Source of the DNA: an uncultured delta proteobacterium
GTDB taxonomy: Bacteria > Desulfobacterota > Binatia > DP-6
Length of the DNA: 64,000 nt
Direction of reading: 5' to 3'
Assembly: GCA_963815115.1 (NCBI GenBank)
Contig: CAWFFN010000009.1
Coordinates: forward strand, 1,664,001-1,728,000
The notes beneath the pieces are model-generated. The model was not told the DNA's origin, searched no databases, and saw only the letters and a program-made list of their open reading frames with translations. The translations under genes were made by a program, and so were the position numbers. Each line of letters opens with the position of its first letter. The first letter of the stretch is position 1. Shown piece after piece: positions 1-10,309 of the stretch.

Positions 1-1562
1 TGATAGTCGCGGATGAGCTCGAGCTTCTTCTCCGGGGTCGCCTGGGCGAGATAATCGTCGACGCCCGCCTCGGCCGCGATGGACGCGGCGGTGAGCGGGT
101 TGTCGCCGGTGATCATCACCGTCTGGATGCCCATCTCGCGCAGCTCGGCGAAGCGTTCCTTGATGCGCGTCTTCACGATGTCCTTGAGCTGGACGACGCC
201 CATCACCTGCGCGCCGTCGGCCACCACCAGCGGCGTGCCACCCTCCCGCGCGATCGACTCGACGCTGCGCTCCACCGCGACCGGGAACCGCCCGCCCAGC
301 GCCCGCACGTGCTCCTCGATCGCGTCCGCGGCCCCCTTGCGCACCTGGCGGCCGTTCAGGTTGACGCCGCTCATGCGGGTCTGCGCGCTGAACGGGACGA
401 ACGTGGCGCCGAGCTCGTGGACGTTCCGCTCGCGCAGCCCGTACTTCTCCTTGGCGAGCACGACGATGCTCCGGCCTTCCGGCGTCTCGTCGGCGAGGGA
501 TGCGAGCTGCGCCGCGTCCGCGAGCTTCTCGACCGCGACGCCGTCGATGGGAATGAACGCCGTCGCCTGGCGGTTGCCGAGCGTGATCGTCCCCGTCTTG
601 TCGAGGAGCAGCACGTCGACGTCGCCCGCCGCCTCCACGGCGCGGCCCGACATGGCGATCACGTTGGCCTGGATCATCCGGTCCATGCCGGCGATGCCGA
701 TCGCGGACAGCAGGCCGCCGATGGTCGTCGGGATGAGGCAGACGAGGAGGGCGGCGAGCACGGTCATCGTGACCGGGGTGCCCTGACCCACCTCGTTGAC
801 GCTGTAGATCGAGAACGGGAGCAGGGTGATCGTCGCCAGCAGGAAGATGATCGTGAGGGCGGCGAGGAGGATGTTGAGCGCGATCTCGTTGGGCGTTTTC
901 TGCCGCGTGGCTCCCTCGACCATCCCGATCATGCGGTCGAGGAAGGTCTCGCCCGGATCGCTCGTGATCCTGATCACGAGCCAGTCGGAGAGGACGCGGG
1001 TCCCGCCGGTGACGGCGCTCCGGTCGCTGCCGGCCTCCCGGATGACCGGGGCACTCTCACCCGTGATCGCGCTCTCGTCGACGGACGCGATCCCGACGAC
1101 GGCCTCGCCGTCGCTCGGGATGAACTCGCCCGCCGCGGCGAAGACGACGTCTCCCTTGCGGAGCTCGGCGCTCGTCACCTGCGTGAAGCGGGCCTGCCGG
1201 GGATCGAAGCCGTTCTCGGGCGTGCGGGGGAGCTTCCGCGCGACGGTGTCGCGGCGCGCCTTGCGCAGCGTGTCGGCCTGGGCCTTGCCGCGGCCCTCGG
1301 CCATGGCCTCCGCGAAGTTCGCGAAGAGGACCGTGAACCAGAGCCAGAGCGACACCGCCAGGATGAAGCCGGCCGGCGCCTCGCCATGGCCGAGCAGCGC
1401 CTGGACGAAGAGCCCCGTCGTCAAGACGCTGCCGACCAGCACGACGAACATCACGGGGTTCTTGATCTGATGGCGGGGGGCGAGCTTGGCGAACGATGCC
1501 GCGATGGCGCCGCGCACGATCTCGGGGTCGAACAGGGGATGGGCTTTGCTGTGCGTCTGCAT
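1..1562 (-). CDS. kdpB: K+-transporting ATPase subunit B, copy 1 (3' end runs off the window)
   Basis: Manual translation from ATG at 1562 gives [20 protein letters not shown]...NPVMFVV...[16 protein letters not shown]...TGES...DKTGT...MITGDN...[14 protein letters not shown]. The frame is open to the window edge. Confidence 0.97.
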   Translation of the reverse strand, partial: MQTHSKAHPLFDPEIVRGAIAASFAKLAPRHQIKNPVMFVVLVGSVLTTGLFVQALLGHGEAPAGFILAVSLWLWFTVLFANFAEAMAEGRGKAQADTLRKARRDTVARKLPRTPENGFDPRQARFTQVTSAELRKGDVVFAAAGEFIPSDGEAVVGIASVDESAITGESAPVIREAGSDRSAVTGGTRVLSDWLVIRITSDPGETFLDRMIGMVEGATRQKTPNEIALNILLAALTIIFLLATITLLPFSIYSVNEVGQGTPVTMTVLAALLVCLIPTTIGGLLSAIGIAGMDRMIQANVIAMSGRAVEAAGDVDVLLLDKTGTITLGNRQATAFIPIDGVAVEKLADAAQLASLADETPEGRSIVVLAKEKYGLRERNVHELGATFVPFSAQTRMSGVNLNGRQVRKGAADAIEEHVRALGGRFPVAVERSVESIAREGGTPLVVADGAQVMGVVQLKDIVKTRIKERFAELREMGIQTVMITGDNPLTAASIAAEAGVDDYLAQATPEKKLELIRDY

Positions 1563-1574
1563 GGGTGTCCTCGA

Positions 1575-3377
1575 TCAAGCGGTCAGCATGAGGTGCTCGA
1601 CGATGGGGCCGAGCGCCAGGGCGGGAATGAACGTGAGCGCACCGACGATGATCACGACGCCGATCAGCATGACGACGAAGAGCGGCGTGTGGGTCGGGAG
1701 CGTCCCGGGGCCCACCGGCACGCGCTTCTTCTGCGCCAGGGAGCCGGCGATGGCGAGCGTCGGGATGGCGAGCCAGAAGCGCGTGAAGAGCATCTCGACG
1801 CCGCCGAGGGCGTTGTAGAAGGGGACGTTCGCCGAGAGGCCGGCGAACGCGCTGCCGTTGTTCCCGCCCTGCGAGCTGAAGGCGTAGAGGATCTCGCTGA
1901 AGCCGTGCGCGCCGGTGTTGGCGCGGCCGGCGAGACCGGCCGCCGTCGTGACACCGAGCGAGGTCAGCAGAAGGATGAACATCGGCGGGATCAGGATGAT
2001 GAGCGCGGCCATCTTCATCTCGTACGCCTCGATCTTCTTCCCGAGGTACTCGGGCGTCCGCCCGACCATGAGGCCGGCGACGAAGACGGCGATGATCGCG
2101 AAGACCAGCATGCCGTACAGCCCGCAGCCGACGCCGCCGAAGATGACCTCGCCGAGCTGGATCATGAAGAGCGGCACCAGGCCGCCGAGCGGGGTGAACG
2201 AGTCGTGCATGGAGTTCACCGACCCGTTCGACGCGGCGGTCGTCGCCGTGGCCCAGAGCGCGGAGTTGGCGACGCCGAAGCGGACCTCCTTGCCCTCCAT
2301 GTTGCCACCGGGCTGGAGGCTGCTCGCGACGGAGTCGACACCGAGGGCCGTGATCCTGGGGTTCCCCTGGTACTCGGCCCACAGGCAGAGGGCGAGGAAC
2401 ACCACGAAGACGACCGTCATGGCCGCGAGCACCGCCCATCCCTGCCTGGTGTCGCCGACCATCGCGCCGAAGGTGTAGCAGAGGGCCGCGCTGATCAGCA
2501 GAATCGCGAGCAGCTCGAAGAAGTTCGAGAGCGGGGTCGGGTTCTCGTAGGGATGCGCCGAGTTGACGTTGAAGAAGCCGCCGCCGTTGGTGCCCATCTG
2601 CTTGATCGCGATCTGCGATGCCGCCGGTCCCATGGGCAGGCTCTGCTCGGTCACGGCCGACGTCTCGGTCTTCGGCTGGCCCTGGTCGTCGAGCACCGGG
2701 TTGCCGTCGTCGTCCTTCACCGGCGTCGTCGCCGTCGTCGCCTGGACGAGCGACACCGTCTTGTAGTCGCTGAAATTCTGCACCACCCCCTGCGACACCA
2801 GGACGACCGCGAGCGCGAGCGAGAGCGGCAGCAGGATGTAGAGGACGCTCCGGGTCAGGTCGACCCAGAAGTTGCCGATGTCGCTGGTCTTGGCGCTCCG
2901 GAATCCGCGGACGAGCGCGACCAGGATGGCCATGCCCGTCGCGGCGGAGACGAAGTTCTGCACCCCCAGGCCCAGCATCTGGGTGAGGTAGCTCATCGTC
3001 GACTCGCCGCCGTACCCCTGCCAGTTCGTGTTGGTCACGAAGCTCGTCGCCGTGTTGAAGGAGGAGTCGGGGGTGACGGCGCTGAAGGCCTGCGGGTTGA
3101 GCGGCAGGACGCCCTGCAGGCGTTGCAGCGCGTAGACGAAGAACACGCCGACCGCGTTGAACAGCAACATCGCGATCGCATACGTCTTCCAGTTCATGCC
3201 CTCGTCCGGACGGACGCCGCACGCCCGGTAGACGAGGCGCTCGATCGGCCCGAGCAGCCGGCCGAGGAACGTCGGCTGGCCCTCGTAGACGCGCGCCATG
3301 AAGCCGCCGAGCGGCTTCACGAGGATGACGAGGACGGCGAGGTAGATACCGACCTGCAAGAACGCGTTTGCGGTCAT
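1575..3377 (-). CDS. kdpA: K+-transporting ATPase subunit A, copy 1
   Basis: Filter motifs NTNWQ, GTNGGG, SNGSV and NNGSA, plus [12 protein letters not shown]. The start MTANAF overlaps the kdpF stop (TGATG). Confidence 0.97.
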   Translation of the reverse strand: MTANAFLQVGIYLAVLVILVKPLGGFMARVYEGQPTFLGRLLGPIERLVYRACGVRPDEGMNWKTYAIAMLLFNAVGVFFVYALQRLQGVLPLNPQAFSAVTPDSSFNTATSFVTNTNWQGYGGESTMSYLTQMLGLGVQNFVSAATGMAILVALVRGFRSAKTSDIGNFWVDLTRSVLYILLPLSLALAVVLVSQGVVQNFSDYKTVSLVQATTATTPVKDDDGNPVLDDQGQPKTETSAVTEQSLPMGPAASQIAIKQMGTNGGGFFNVNSAHPYENPTPLSNFFELLAILLISAALCYTFGAMVGDTRQGWAVLAAMTVVFVVFLALCLWAEYQGNPRITALGVDSVASSLQPGGNMEGKEVRFGVANSALWATATTAASNGSVNSMHDSFTPLGGLVPLFMIQLGEVIFGGVGCGLYGMLVFAIIAVFVAGLMVGRTPEYLGKKIEAYEMKMAALIILIPPMFILLLTSLGVTTAAGLAGRANTGAHGFSEILYAFSSQGGNNGSAFAGLSANVPFYNALGGVEMLFTRFWLAIPTLAIAGSLAQKKRVPVGPGTLPTHTPLFVVMLIGVVIIVGALTFIPALALGPIVEHLMLTA

Positions 3378-3466
3378 CAGAACCGCTCCGGCCTGAGAAG
3401 GGCGACGAAGAGATAGACGAAGAGGCCGACCGTCACGATGCCGCCGATGACGTAAAGCACTGACAT
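3377..3466 (-). CDS. kdpF: KdpF peptide, copy 1 (29 aa)
   Basis: MSVLYVIGGIVTVGLFVYLFVALLRPERF has the YL..AL..PE.F KdpF signature and is translationally coupled to kdpA. Confidence 0.92.
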   Translation of the reverse strand: MSVLYVIGGIVTVGLFVYLFVALLRPERF

Positions 3467-3558
3467 CACGAACCTCCCAGGAGGCGGTCGCAGGCCACGA
3501 TGAAGGCCCACGACAGCGTGACGAATCCGATCGTGAGACCGAGGTAGAGAACGTCCAT
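3466..3558 (-). CDS. Small membrane peptide upstream of kdpF (30 aa)
   Basis: MDVLYLGLTIGFVTLSWAFIVACDRLLGGS with a GAGGAG RBS. Its stop overlaps the kdpF start, and homologous peptides precede the other two operons. Confidence 0.8.
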   Translation of the reverse strand: MDVLYLGLTIGFVTLSWAFIVACDRLLGGS

Positions 3559-3639
3559 TGCGATTTGCTCCTCTCGAGACGGCACCGGTTCAGACCAGCG
3601 CCGATCACGTTTCATTTGGGGGGTTTCATTGTGTGGCGT

Positions 3640-3655
3640 CGCAGGAACCGTGCCA
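3640..3655 (-). promoter_or_regulatory. sigma54 -24/-12 promoter of kdp operon 1
   Basis: The minus strand reads TGGCACGGTTCCTGCG, i.e. GG-N10-GC with a TGGCACG -24 box, about 80 nt before the first start codon. Confidence 0.75.
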
Positions 3656-3707
3656 GGGCCTGCCTCACGACTGCCCTGGATTCGGTGCGCCGTCGCGTGG
3701 CGAGGAC

Positions 3708-3741
3708 TGCAGAGTGAAGGCTCGCCGCAATGCAATAAGGG
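3708..3741 (-). promoter_or_regulatory. Putative activator binding-site pair for kdp operon 1
   Basis: The minus strand reads CCCTTATTGCA-N12-TTCACTCTGCA, with similar geometry to the pairs at 3839-3872 and 20831-20863. Confidence 0.5.
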
Positions 3742-3838
3742 ACGAGCCAGTGCGCTCGCGACGGCCGCGCTCTTCATCCATGCAGGCACGTCGCATGCGT
3801 TGACGTCGCGCGCGGCGCGACGACGAGGCCGAGCTGCC

Positions 3839-3872
3839 CGCACTCTGCAATGCTGGACCCGTTCATCATGCA
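3839..3872 (+). promoter_or_regulatory. Putative activator binding-site pair
   Basis: CGCACTCTGCA-N12-TTCATCATGCA, about 55 bp upstream of the sigma54 motif at 3927. Confidence 0.5.
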
Positions 3873-3926
3873 GCGCCGACGGCCGCTGGATCCGAAATCT
3901 GCTCGCAAATGCCGTCGCCACGTCCG

Positions 3927-3942
3927 TGGCATGCTTCCTGCC
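3927..3942 (+). promoter_or_regulatory. sigma54 -24/-12 promoter divergent from kdp operon 1
   Basis: TGGCATGCTTCCTGCC fits GG-N10-GC and closely resembles the kdp1 promoter. Confidence 0.65.
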
Positions 3943-3996
3943 TACGACGTCGTGACCTCGAAACCTTCGGGCGACGCGAGCATGCACCCAGACGCC

Positions 3997-4269
3997 ATGC
4001 GATCGTCGACGCCGGCCCTCTGCGACCGGGTCGCGGTCGAGGCCCGCCTGCTCGACGTCGCCAGCAGCGACGCGGTGGCGGAGCTCGTCGTCGTGCTCCG
4101 GGGCACGGTGCGGCCGTGCCGCGGTCAAGGACCCAGCCTCTGGCGCGTTCATCTCGGCGACGGTCACCACCGGGTCGTGTCGACCCAGTCGGTGATCGCC
4201 GTCACCCCGCTGAGGACGCCAGCAACGTCGCGCACCCGGGGGAAGCCGGAGGATCAGACCGACCGGTAG
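3997..4269 (+). CDS. Hypothetical small protein (90 aa; alternative start 3982)
   Basis: MRSSTPALCDRVAVEARLLDV...LWRVHLGDGHHRVVSTQSVIAVTP has strongly G/C third codon positions and lies just downstream of a sigma54 motif. Confidence 0.55.
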   Translation: MRSSTPALCDRVAVEARLLDVASSDAVAELVVVLRGTVRPCRGQGPSLWRVHLGDGHHRVVSTQSVIAVTPLRTPATSRTRGKPEDQTDR

Positions 4270-4547
4270 CGCGGGCGCTCCAGCACCGACGGATCCTTGC
4301 CGTGCCGTCGTCGCGCGAGGCGACGAGGGGCGCCGGAGGTGCGCCCGCGCGAGCTCGCCTGCAGCACAAGCTACTAGCTAGCGTGCTATGAAGCAAGTGA
4401 ACGCTCACGGAACGAGCAGCTGCTGCGTACGCGGTGGGCAGCGCTCCCTACGACACGCCGGCGGGCACGTGGGCTGCCAGAAGCCTCCCGCGAGCAGGTG
4501 GCCGTCGTGGTTGAGAAAATCGCCGCGCCTGCCCAGCCATGCATCCG

Positions 4548-4563
4548 CGGCACGCTTTCTGCG
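4548..4563 (+). promoter_or_regulatory. sigma54 -24/-12 promoter of kdp operon 2
   Basis: CGGCACGCTTTCTGCG fits GG-N10-GC, about 35 nt before the first ATG, which has an AGGAGG RBS. Confidence 0.65.
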
Positions 4564-4598
4564 ACGCGGCTCACGGCAATGCGTCAGGAGGTGCGTCG

Positions 4599-4694
4599 AT
4601 GAATCTCGCGGTCTGGTACCCGGCCATGTTCGTGCTCGGCGTGGTGGCGATGGGGATCTGCCTACTGTTCCTCGACGCCTGCGAAAGGATCTGA
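4599..4694 (+). CDS. Small membrane peptide upstream of kdpF (31 aa)
   Basis: MNLAVWYPAMFVLGVVAMGICLLFLDACERI with a strong AGGAGG RBS and a C-terminal CER(I/L) shared with the other copies. Confidence 0.8.
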   Translation: MNLAVWYPAMFVLGVVAMGICLLFLDACERI

Positions 4695-4703
4695 GGAGAA
4701 CCC

Positions 4704-4784
4704 ATGCTCATACTCACCGCTGCGGTGTCCGCGTTCCTCTTCGTCTATCTGTTCACGGCGTTGATCCGCCCCGAATGGTTCTGA
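4704..4784 (+). CDS. kdpF: KdpF peptide, copy 2 (26 aa)
   Basis: MLILTAAVSAFLFVYLFTALIRPEWF with a GAGGAG RBS. Confidence 0.9.
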   Translation: MLILTAAVSAFLFVYLFTALIRPEWF

Positions 4785-4796
4785 GAGAGGCCGACG

Positions 4797-6614
4797 ATGT
4801 GGTCACTTCCGATCTCGATGCTGGTGGCGACGACGCTGCTGGCGATCCCGCTCAGCCGCTACCTCGCGTGGGTGATGGACGGCCGCTACCGGCCGCGCGG
4901 TCCGCTCCGGGCGATCGAACTCGCGCTCGATAGCGGGCCGCAGACCTGGAAGCAGTACACGGCGGCACTGCTGATCTTCAACACCGTACTGTTCGTGTTC
5001 GGCTTCCTGGTCCTGGCGCTCCAGCCGTGGATGCCGCTCAACGACCTGGGACGGGGCGCGCTGGCGCCGTCGACCATCTTTCACACCGTCGTGTCGTTCA
5101 TGACGAACACCGACGTGCAGCACTACTCGGGCGACCAGCACTTCTCGATCTTCAGCCAGATCGTCTTCGGGGTCGCGAACTTCTTCCTCTCGGCGTCGAT
5201 CGGATTCTGCGCGCTCACCGCCATCATCCGGGCCGTGCGCGGCGGCCCGACGGTCGGCAACTTCTTCGTCGACATGTGGCGGGTCGTGGCCTACATGTTC
5301 CTTCCCATCGCCTTCGTTCTGTCGCTCGTCTGGGTGCAGCAGGGGAGCCCGATGACCTTCAAGGGCGCGTATCAGGTCTCGACGCTCGAGGCCGGAGCGA
5401 TGGGCAGCGCGGACGACGGGACACCGAAGCAGCAGAACATCGCCGTCGGACCGCTCGGGGTCTTTCTCCCGATGAAGCAGCTCGGGACCAACGGCGGCGG
5501 CTTCTACGGCATGAACTCCGCGCACCCGTTCGAGAACCCGACGGTGACGACGAATGTCCTCTCATGTGTGGGGATGATGCTCTTCCCGTTCGCGCTGGTC
5601 CTCATGTTCGGGCGCATGCTGGGGCGACTGCGACATGCTTGGGTGATCTTCTCGGTGATGATGCTCTTCATGATCGGGACGATCGTCTGGACCGTCTACT
5701 TCGACACATTGCAGCCGAACCCCGCGCTGACGGCGCACCCGGCCGGCGCGACGTACGACCTGCCAGATCCGACGGCGCCCGGCGGGAAACAGACGATCAC
5801 GATCCCGTCGGTTGCGGGTCTCCCGGTCGATCAGCGTCTCGGCAACCTCGAGGGCAAGGAGCTGCGCTTCGGGACCGCCGCCGGCGCGACCTTCGCGGCG
5901 CTCACGGTCGACGTCACCGACGGGGCGGTCAACTGCGAGCACGACAGCCTCAACCCGCTCGCGGGATTCGGTCCCTACGTCGGCATGTGGCTCAACTGCT
6001 TCTTCGGGGGCAAGGGCGTCGGGATGATCAACATGCTGCTCTTCGTGATCATCGGCATCTTCGTCGCCGGTCAGATGGTGGGGCGGACCCCGGAGTATCT
6101 CGGCAAGAAGATCGGCGCCCGGGAGATGAAGCTCGCGATGATCGCGCTGCTCATCCATCCGATCATGATCCTGTGGCCCACGGGGCTCTTCGCGGCGACG
6201 AGCTGGGGGCTGAACGCCGTGAGCAATCCCGGCGCCCACGGGTTCTCTCAGATCCTGTACCAGTTCTCCTCCTCGTCGGCGAACAATGGCTCCGCATTCG
6301 ACGGCCTCGGCGTGGCATACGGGTTCGCCGCGAATCAGACGCCCGCGCCGTCGGCTGTGCCATTCGACATCGCCAGCGGACTCGTGATCGTCATCAGCCG
6401 CTTCATCCCGATCATCGCGCCCATCGCGATGGCCGCCAGCCTCGGGGCGAAGAAGTCCGCGCCGTTCGGTCTCGGGACGCTGCGTGACGACACGGGCACG
6501 TTCGCGGGGCTGCTCATCGGGACGATCGTGATCATCGGCGCCCTCCTCTTCCTGCCGGTGGCGGCGCTTGCCCCGTTCGCCGAGCACCTCGGCCCGATCC
6601 CGTTCGGCGGCTGA
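4797..6614 (+). CDS. kdpA: K+-transporting ATPase subunit A, copy 2 (divergent)
   Basis: [20 protein letters not shown] and [11 protein letters not shown] are present. Filter loops 1 and 3 read NTDVQ and TDGAV. Confidence 0.95.
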   Translation: MWSLPISMLVATTLLAIPLSRYLAWVMDGRYRPRGPLRAIELALDSGPQTWKQYTAALLIFNTVLFVFGFLVLALQPWMPLNDLGRGALAPSTIFHTVVSFMTNTDVQHYSGDQHFSIFSQIVFGVANFFLSASIGFCALTAIIRAVRGGPTVGNFFVDMWRVVAYMFLPIAFVLSLVWVQQGSPMTFKGAYQVSTLEAGAMGSADDGTPKQQNIAVGPLGVFLPMKQLGTNGGGFYGMNSAHPFENPTVTTNVLSCVGMMLFPFALVLMFGRMLGRLRHAWVIFSVMMLFMIGTIVWTVYFDTLQPNPALTAHPAGATYDLPDPTAPGGKQTITIPSVAGLPVDQRLGNLEGKELRFGTAAGATFAALTVDVTDGAVNCEHDSLNPLAGFGPYVGMWLNCFFGGKGVGMINMLLFVIIGIFVAGQMVGRTPEYLGKKIGAREMKLAMIALLIHPIMILWPTGLFAATSWGLNAVSNPGAHGFSQILYQFSSSSANNGSAFDGLGVAYGFAANQTPAPSAVPFDIASGLVIVISRFIPIIAPIAMAASLGAKKSAPFGLGTLRDDTGTFAGLLIGTIVIIGALLFLPVAALAPFAEHLGPIPFGG

Positions 6615-6627
6615 AAGGAGCACCACG

Positions 6628-8808
6628 ATGAACCGGTCCAACGTTGCCATCCCCCTCGAGCAGGAGCCGCCGTCAGCGCCGGGGATGCCCCGGCCGGCGC
6701 GCCGGATCCGGCGCGCCGACCTGCTGGGGCCCGAGCTCGTCCGCGCGGCGCTGGTCCGCTCGGTCACGATGCTCCGACCCGACGTGCAATGGGCGAATCC
6801 CGTCATGTTCTGCGTCGAGGTCGGCGCCGTCCTGACGGCGATCTTCGCCGTCGCCGCGCTGCTCGGGCAGGGCGGACAGGCACCCGTCACCTACCTGGCC
6901 GCCCTCGACCTCTGGCTCTGGGCGACGGTTCTCTTCGCCAACTTCGCCACCGCGCTCGCCGAGGCGCGCGGCCAGGCGCAAGCCGAGTCGCTCCGCCGCA
7001 CGCGGCGCGACACGCCGGCGTACCGGCTGCTGAGGAACGGCTCGGTCGAGCCGACGACGTCGACCGAGCTCCGAGTGGGCGATCTCGTGGTCGTCGAGGC
7101 GAACCAGATCATCCCGGGCGACGGCGAGGTCGTCGAGGGAATCGCGTCGGTCGACGAGTCGGCGATCACGGGCGAGTCGGCGCCGGTCATCCGTGAGGCC
7201 GGCGGTGACCGGTCCGGGGTCACGGGCGGGACCATCGTGCGCTCGGACCGGATCGTCGTCCGCATCACCGCCCAGACGGGCGAGTCGTTCCTCGACCGCA
7301 TGATCGCGCTCGTCGAGGGCGCCATCCGACAGCGGACGCCGAACGAGATCGCGCTGACGCTCGTGCTGTCGGCCTTCACCCTGATCTTCCTCATCGTCGT
7401 CGTGCCGCTCTGGCCGATGGCGTGGAATGCGGAAAACTACATGACGGCGTATCTGGGGCGTCCGGAGCCGCTGCACAGCCTCGGGACGGACGTGCCGACG
7501 CTCGTGGCGCTCCTGGTCTGTCTCATCCCGACCACGATCGGCGCGCTGCTGGCCGCGATCGGCATCGCCGGCATGGACCGCGCGCTCCAGGCGAACATCC
7601 TCGCGAAGAGCGGCAAGGCCGTCGAGACGGCCGGTGACGTGGATACGGTCCTGCTCGACAAGACCGGGACGATCACGATCGGCAACCGGCACGCGACCGA
7701 GTTCGTTCCCGTCGGGGAATTCACCGCGCTCGAGGTCGGCGAGCTCGCGGCGGCCGCGTCCGTGGCCGACGAGACCCCCGAGGGGAAGTCGATCGTGCGG
7801 CTCTTCTTGAAGCAGGCCGCCACCGTGACGAAAGGGCCGGTCGACCTGGCTTCGGCTCCCCGCGACGCCGAGGTGGTCCCGTTCACCGCACAGACGCGGA
7901 TGAGCGGCGTCGACCTGCCCGACGGTCAGCGCCTCAGGAAAGGAGCGCCGGACGCGGTGATCGCACTCGTCCGTCGGCAGAACGGCACGGTGCCGCCCGG
8001 GATCGAGGACCACGTGCGCGCCGTCGCCACGCGTGGGGCAACACCGTTGCTCGTGGCGCAGGGCGCGCGCATCGTGGGCATCGTCGTCCTCGAGGACATC
8101 CTGAAGCCCGGCATCCAGGAGCGGTTCGCGCGGCTGCGGAAGATGGGGCTCCGCACCGTGATGATCACCGGCGACAATCCGCTCACCGCCGCGACGATCG
8201 CGGAGCAGGCAGGGGTCGACGACTTCATCGCCGAGGCGACGCCCGAGGCCAAGCTCGCCTACATCAGGAAGGAGCAGGCCGACGGCAAGCTGGTGGCGAT
8301 GATGGGCGACGGCACGAACGACGCGCCCGCGCTCGCGCAGGCGGACGTCGGCGTCGCCATGAACTCCGGCACGCAGGCCGCCAAGGAAGCCGGCAACATG
8401 GTCGACCTCGACAGCGACCCGACGAAGGTGATCGAGGTCGTCGAGATCGGCAAGCAGCTCCTGATGACCCGCGGGGCGCTCACGACGTTCTCGGTCGCGA
8501 ACGACGTCGCCAAGTATTTCGCGATCGTCCCGGCGCTCTTCGCCGGCACGCTGCCGTGGCTCAAGGCGATCGACGTCATGCACCTGCACTCGCCGACATC
8601 CGCGATCCTGTCGGCGGTGATCTTCAACGCACTCATCATCCCCCTTCTCATCCCGGTCGCGCTTCGTGGCGTGAGCTACCGGCCGCTGGGGGCGGACGCG
8701 CTCCTGCGGCGGAACCTCATGGTGTGGGGAGTCGGCGGCGTCGTCCTGCCGTTCATCGGCATCAAGCTGATCGACGTCGTGATGGTTGGCCTGCACCTCG
8801 TTGCGTGA
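6628..8808 (+). CDS. kdpB: K+-transporting ATPase subunit B, copy 2
   Basis: TGES, CLIPTT, DKTGT, GDGTND and [16 protein letters not shown] before ATG 6628. Confidence 0.97.
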   Translation: MNRSNVAIPLEQEPPSAPGMPRPARRIRRADLLGPELVRAALVRSVTMLRPDVQWANPVMFCVEVGAVLTAIFAVAALLGQGGQAPVTYLAALDLWLWATVLFANFATALAEARGQAQAESLRRTRRDTPAYRLLRNGSVEPTTSTELRVGDLVVVEANQIIPGDGEVVEGIASVDESAITGESAPVIREAGGDRSGVTGGTIVRSDRIVVRITAQTGESFLDRMIALVEGAIRQRTPNEIALTLVLSAFTLIFLIVVVPLWPMAWNAENYMTAYLGRPEPLHSLGTDVPTLVALLVCLIPTTIGALLAAIGIAGMDRALQANILAKSGKAVETAGDVDTVLLDKTGTITIGNRHATEFVPVGEFTALEVGELAAAASVADETPEGKSIVRLFLKQAATVTKGPVDLASAPRDAEVVPFTAQTRMSGVDLPDGQRLRKGAPDAVIALVRRQNGTVPPGIEDHVRAVATRGATPLLVAQGARIVGIVVLEDILKPGIQERFARLRKMGLRTVMITGDNPLTAATIAEQAGVDDFIAEATPEAKLAYIRKEQADGKLVAMMGDGTNDAPALAQADVGVAMNSGTQAAKEAGNMVDLDSDPTKVIEVVEIGKQLLMTRGALTTFSVANDVAKYFAIVPALFAGTLPWLKAIDVMHLHSPTSAILSAVIFNALIIPLLIPVALRGVSYRPLGADALLRRNLMVWGVGGVVLPFIGIKLIDVVMVGLHLVA

Positions 8809-8830
8809 CGATCGGAAAGGCGTGAGCACG

Positions 8831-9859
8831 ATGGTACGACTGATCTCGAAGAGCCTTGTCCTGCTGGCGGTCACCGTGGTCCTCTGCTGCGGCATCTATC
8901 CCCTCGCCGTGTGGGCCGTCGCGCAGGCCGTGTTCCCGTTCCAGGCGAACGGCAGCCTGCTCACCGGCCCCGACGGCACGGTCGTCGGCTCGAAGCTGAT
9001 CGCCCAGCCGTTCACCAAGGACGAGTACTTCCAGCCGCGGCCGTCGGCGCCGTCGTACGACGCCTCCGCCTCGGCGTCGTCCGCCCTGGCGCCGTCGAAC
9101 TACCTCCTCCGCGACCGCGTCGCGCGGGCGCTCGGGCCGATCGCCAGGTACAAGGAGGGCGCGAAGAGCGGGCAGCTCGTCGGGCCGGACGTGGAGGCAT
9201 GGTTCCGGGAGGATCGTTTCCAGGGCGAGCCGCATCTGGTCGCGCAGTGGGCCGACGCGCACAACGCGCTCGCGCAGGCGTGGGTGAAGGCAGACCCGGG
9301 GAATGCCGCCGCCGTCGATGCGTGGGCGAAGGAGCACGCCGACGCGGTCGCGGCATGGGTCGAGGCGAACCCGGCAACGCCGGTGCCCGCTGCGACCGAC
9401 CTCGCGGTCGTGTTCTTCGACGACTGGTCGGCGACGAAGCCCGGGACGTGGCCGTCGCTGGTGGAGCACGCGGGTCCGGACGGGACGACGGTGAAGGCCG
9501 TCGAGCCGGTGCACGAAGGCACGGAGATCCAGTCGGTCTTCTTCGAGATGTGGCGCGAGGACCATCCGGACGTCGCGCTCGTCGACGTGCCCGCCGACCT
9601 CGTGACCACCTCGGGATCCGGCCTCGATCCGGACATCACCCTCGAGAACGCGCGCTATCAGCTCGACCGGGTGGCAGCCGCCTGGGCGCAGGACACGAAG
9701 CGCGACCCGGACGCCGTCCGCAAGGAGATCGAAACCGTGCTCGCGGAGAAGGCACACGCGCCGCTGGGCGGGCTCTGGGGCGTCGACGTGGTCAACGTCC
9801 TCGAGCTCAACCTCGAGCTGCGCAGGCGGTACGGGGAGCCACCAGCGCCGGCGGCGTGA
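8831..9859 (+). CDS. kdpC: K+-transporting ATPase subunit C, copy 2, with a large internal insertion (342 aa)
   Basis: N-terminal TM helix, QANGSL, GSKLIAQPF, YFQPRPSA, VPADLVTTSGSGLDPDIT and VNVLELNL. About 150 aa longer than the 190-aa copy 3. Confidence 0.92.
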   Translation: MVRLISKSLVLLAVTVVLCCGIYPLAVWAVAQAVFPFQANGSLLTGPDGTVVGSKLIAQPFTKDEYFQPRPSAPSYDASASASSALAPSNYLLRDRVARALGPIARYKEGAKSGQLVGPDVEAWFREDRFQGEPHLVAQWADAHNALAQAWVKADPGNAAAVDAWAKEHADAVAAWVEANPATPVPAATDLAVVFFDDWSATKPGTWPSLVEHAGPDGTTVKAVEPVHEGTEIQSVFFEMWREDHPDVALVDVPADLVTTSGSGLDPDITLENARYQLDRVAAAWAQDTKRDPDAVRKEIETVLAEKAHAPLGGLWGVDVVNVLELNLELRRRYGEPPAPAA

Positions 9860-9907
9860 GCGGCGGCCGTGGACCATGCCGCGGTGGAGCATGATGACGT
9901 CCCGCGA

Positions 9908-10228
9908 ATGATCGGTTGGCTCGGCACCCTGGTCCTCGCCGCGACGCTGGAGATCGCCGGCGTCGCGGCGATGCGAAGCGGCCTCGTGCGCTCGGCGATC
10001 GCTCCGCTCCTGCTCGGCGGCTCGGCGCTCGTGGCGTACGGACTCGTCGTGAACTCGAATCGTCTGACGGACTTCGGCCGGTTGATGGGGACGTACATCG
10101 TCGTCTTCTTCCTGGTGAGCCAGCTGACGAGCGCCCTCGTCTTCGGCGAGCGGCCGGTGCCGAGCCTCGTGCTCGGCGGCGCGCTGATCGTCATCGGCGG
10201 TCTCGTGATCCAGCTCGGCGCGGCGTAG
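9908..10228 (+). CDS. Small 4-TM membrane protein, SMR/YnfA (DMT superfamily)-like (alternative start 9869)
   Basis: Four hydrophobic helices, a membrane Glu in TM1 (AATLEIAG), FGRLMGTYIVVFF and a C-terminal GGALIVIGG. Confidence 0.7.
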   Translation: MIGWLGTLVLAATLEIAGVAAMRSGLVRSAIAPLLLGGSALVAYGLVVNSNRLTDFGRLMGTYIVVFFLVSQLTSALVFGERPVPSLVLGGALIVIGGLVIQLGAA

Positions 10229-10309
10229 GCGCCGGAAGAGACGCGTGCGCGGTCTGGTTGCGCCCCGGCGGCGTTCGGGTTGACACCGATCGCTGGCGCG
10301 TCCAAAAAA

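Noticed and set aside
309-3416. Long antisense and off-frame ORFs (for example 309-3416, 10735-13263, 32656-36711, 46884-49262, 58584-61373)
   Set aside because: Shadow ORFs of real genes caused by high GC content. They are Arg/Ala/Gly-rich with no motifs.
3560-4598. c-di-AMP (ydaO) riboswitch upstream of the kdp operons
   Set aside because: I could not find its conserved sequence blocks by eye. An Rfam scan would settle this.
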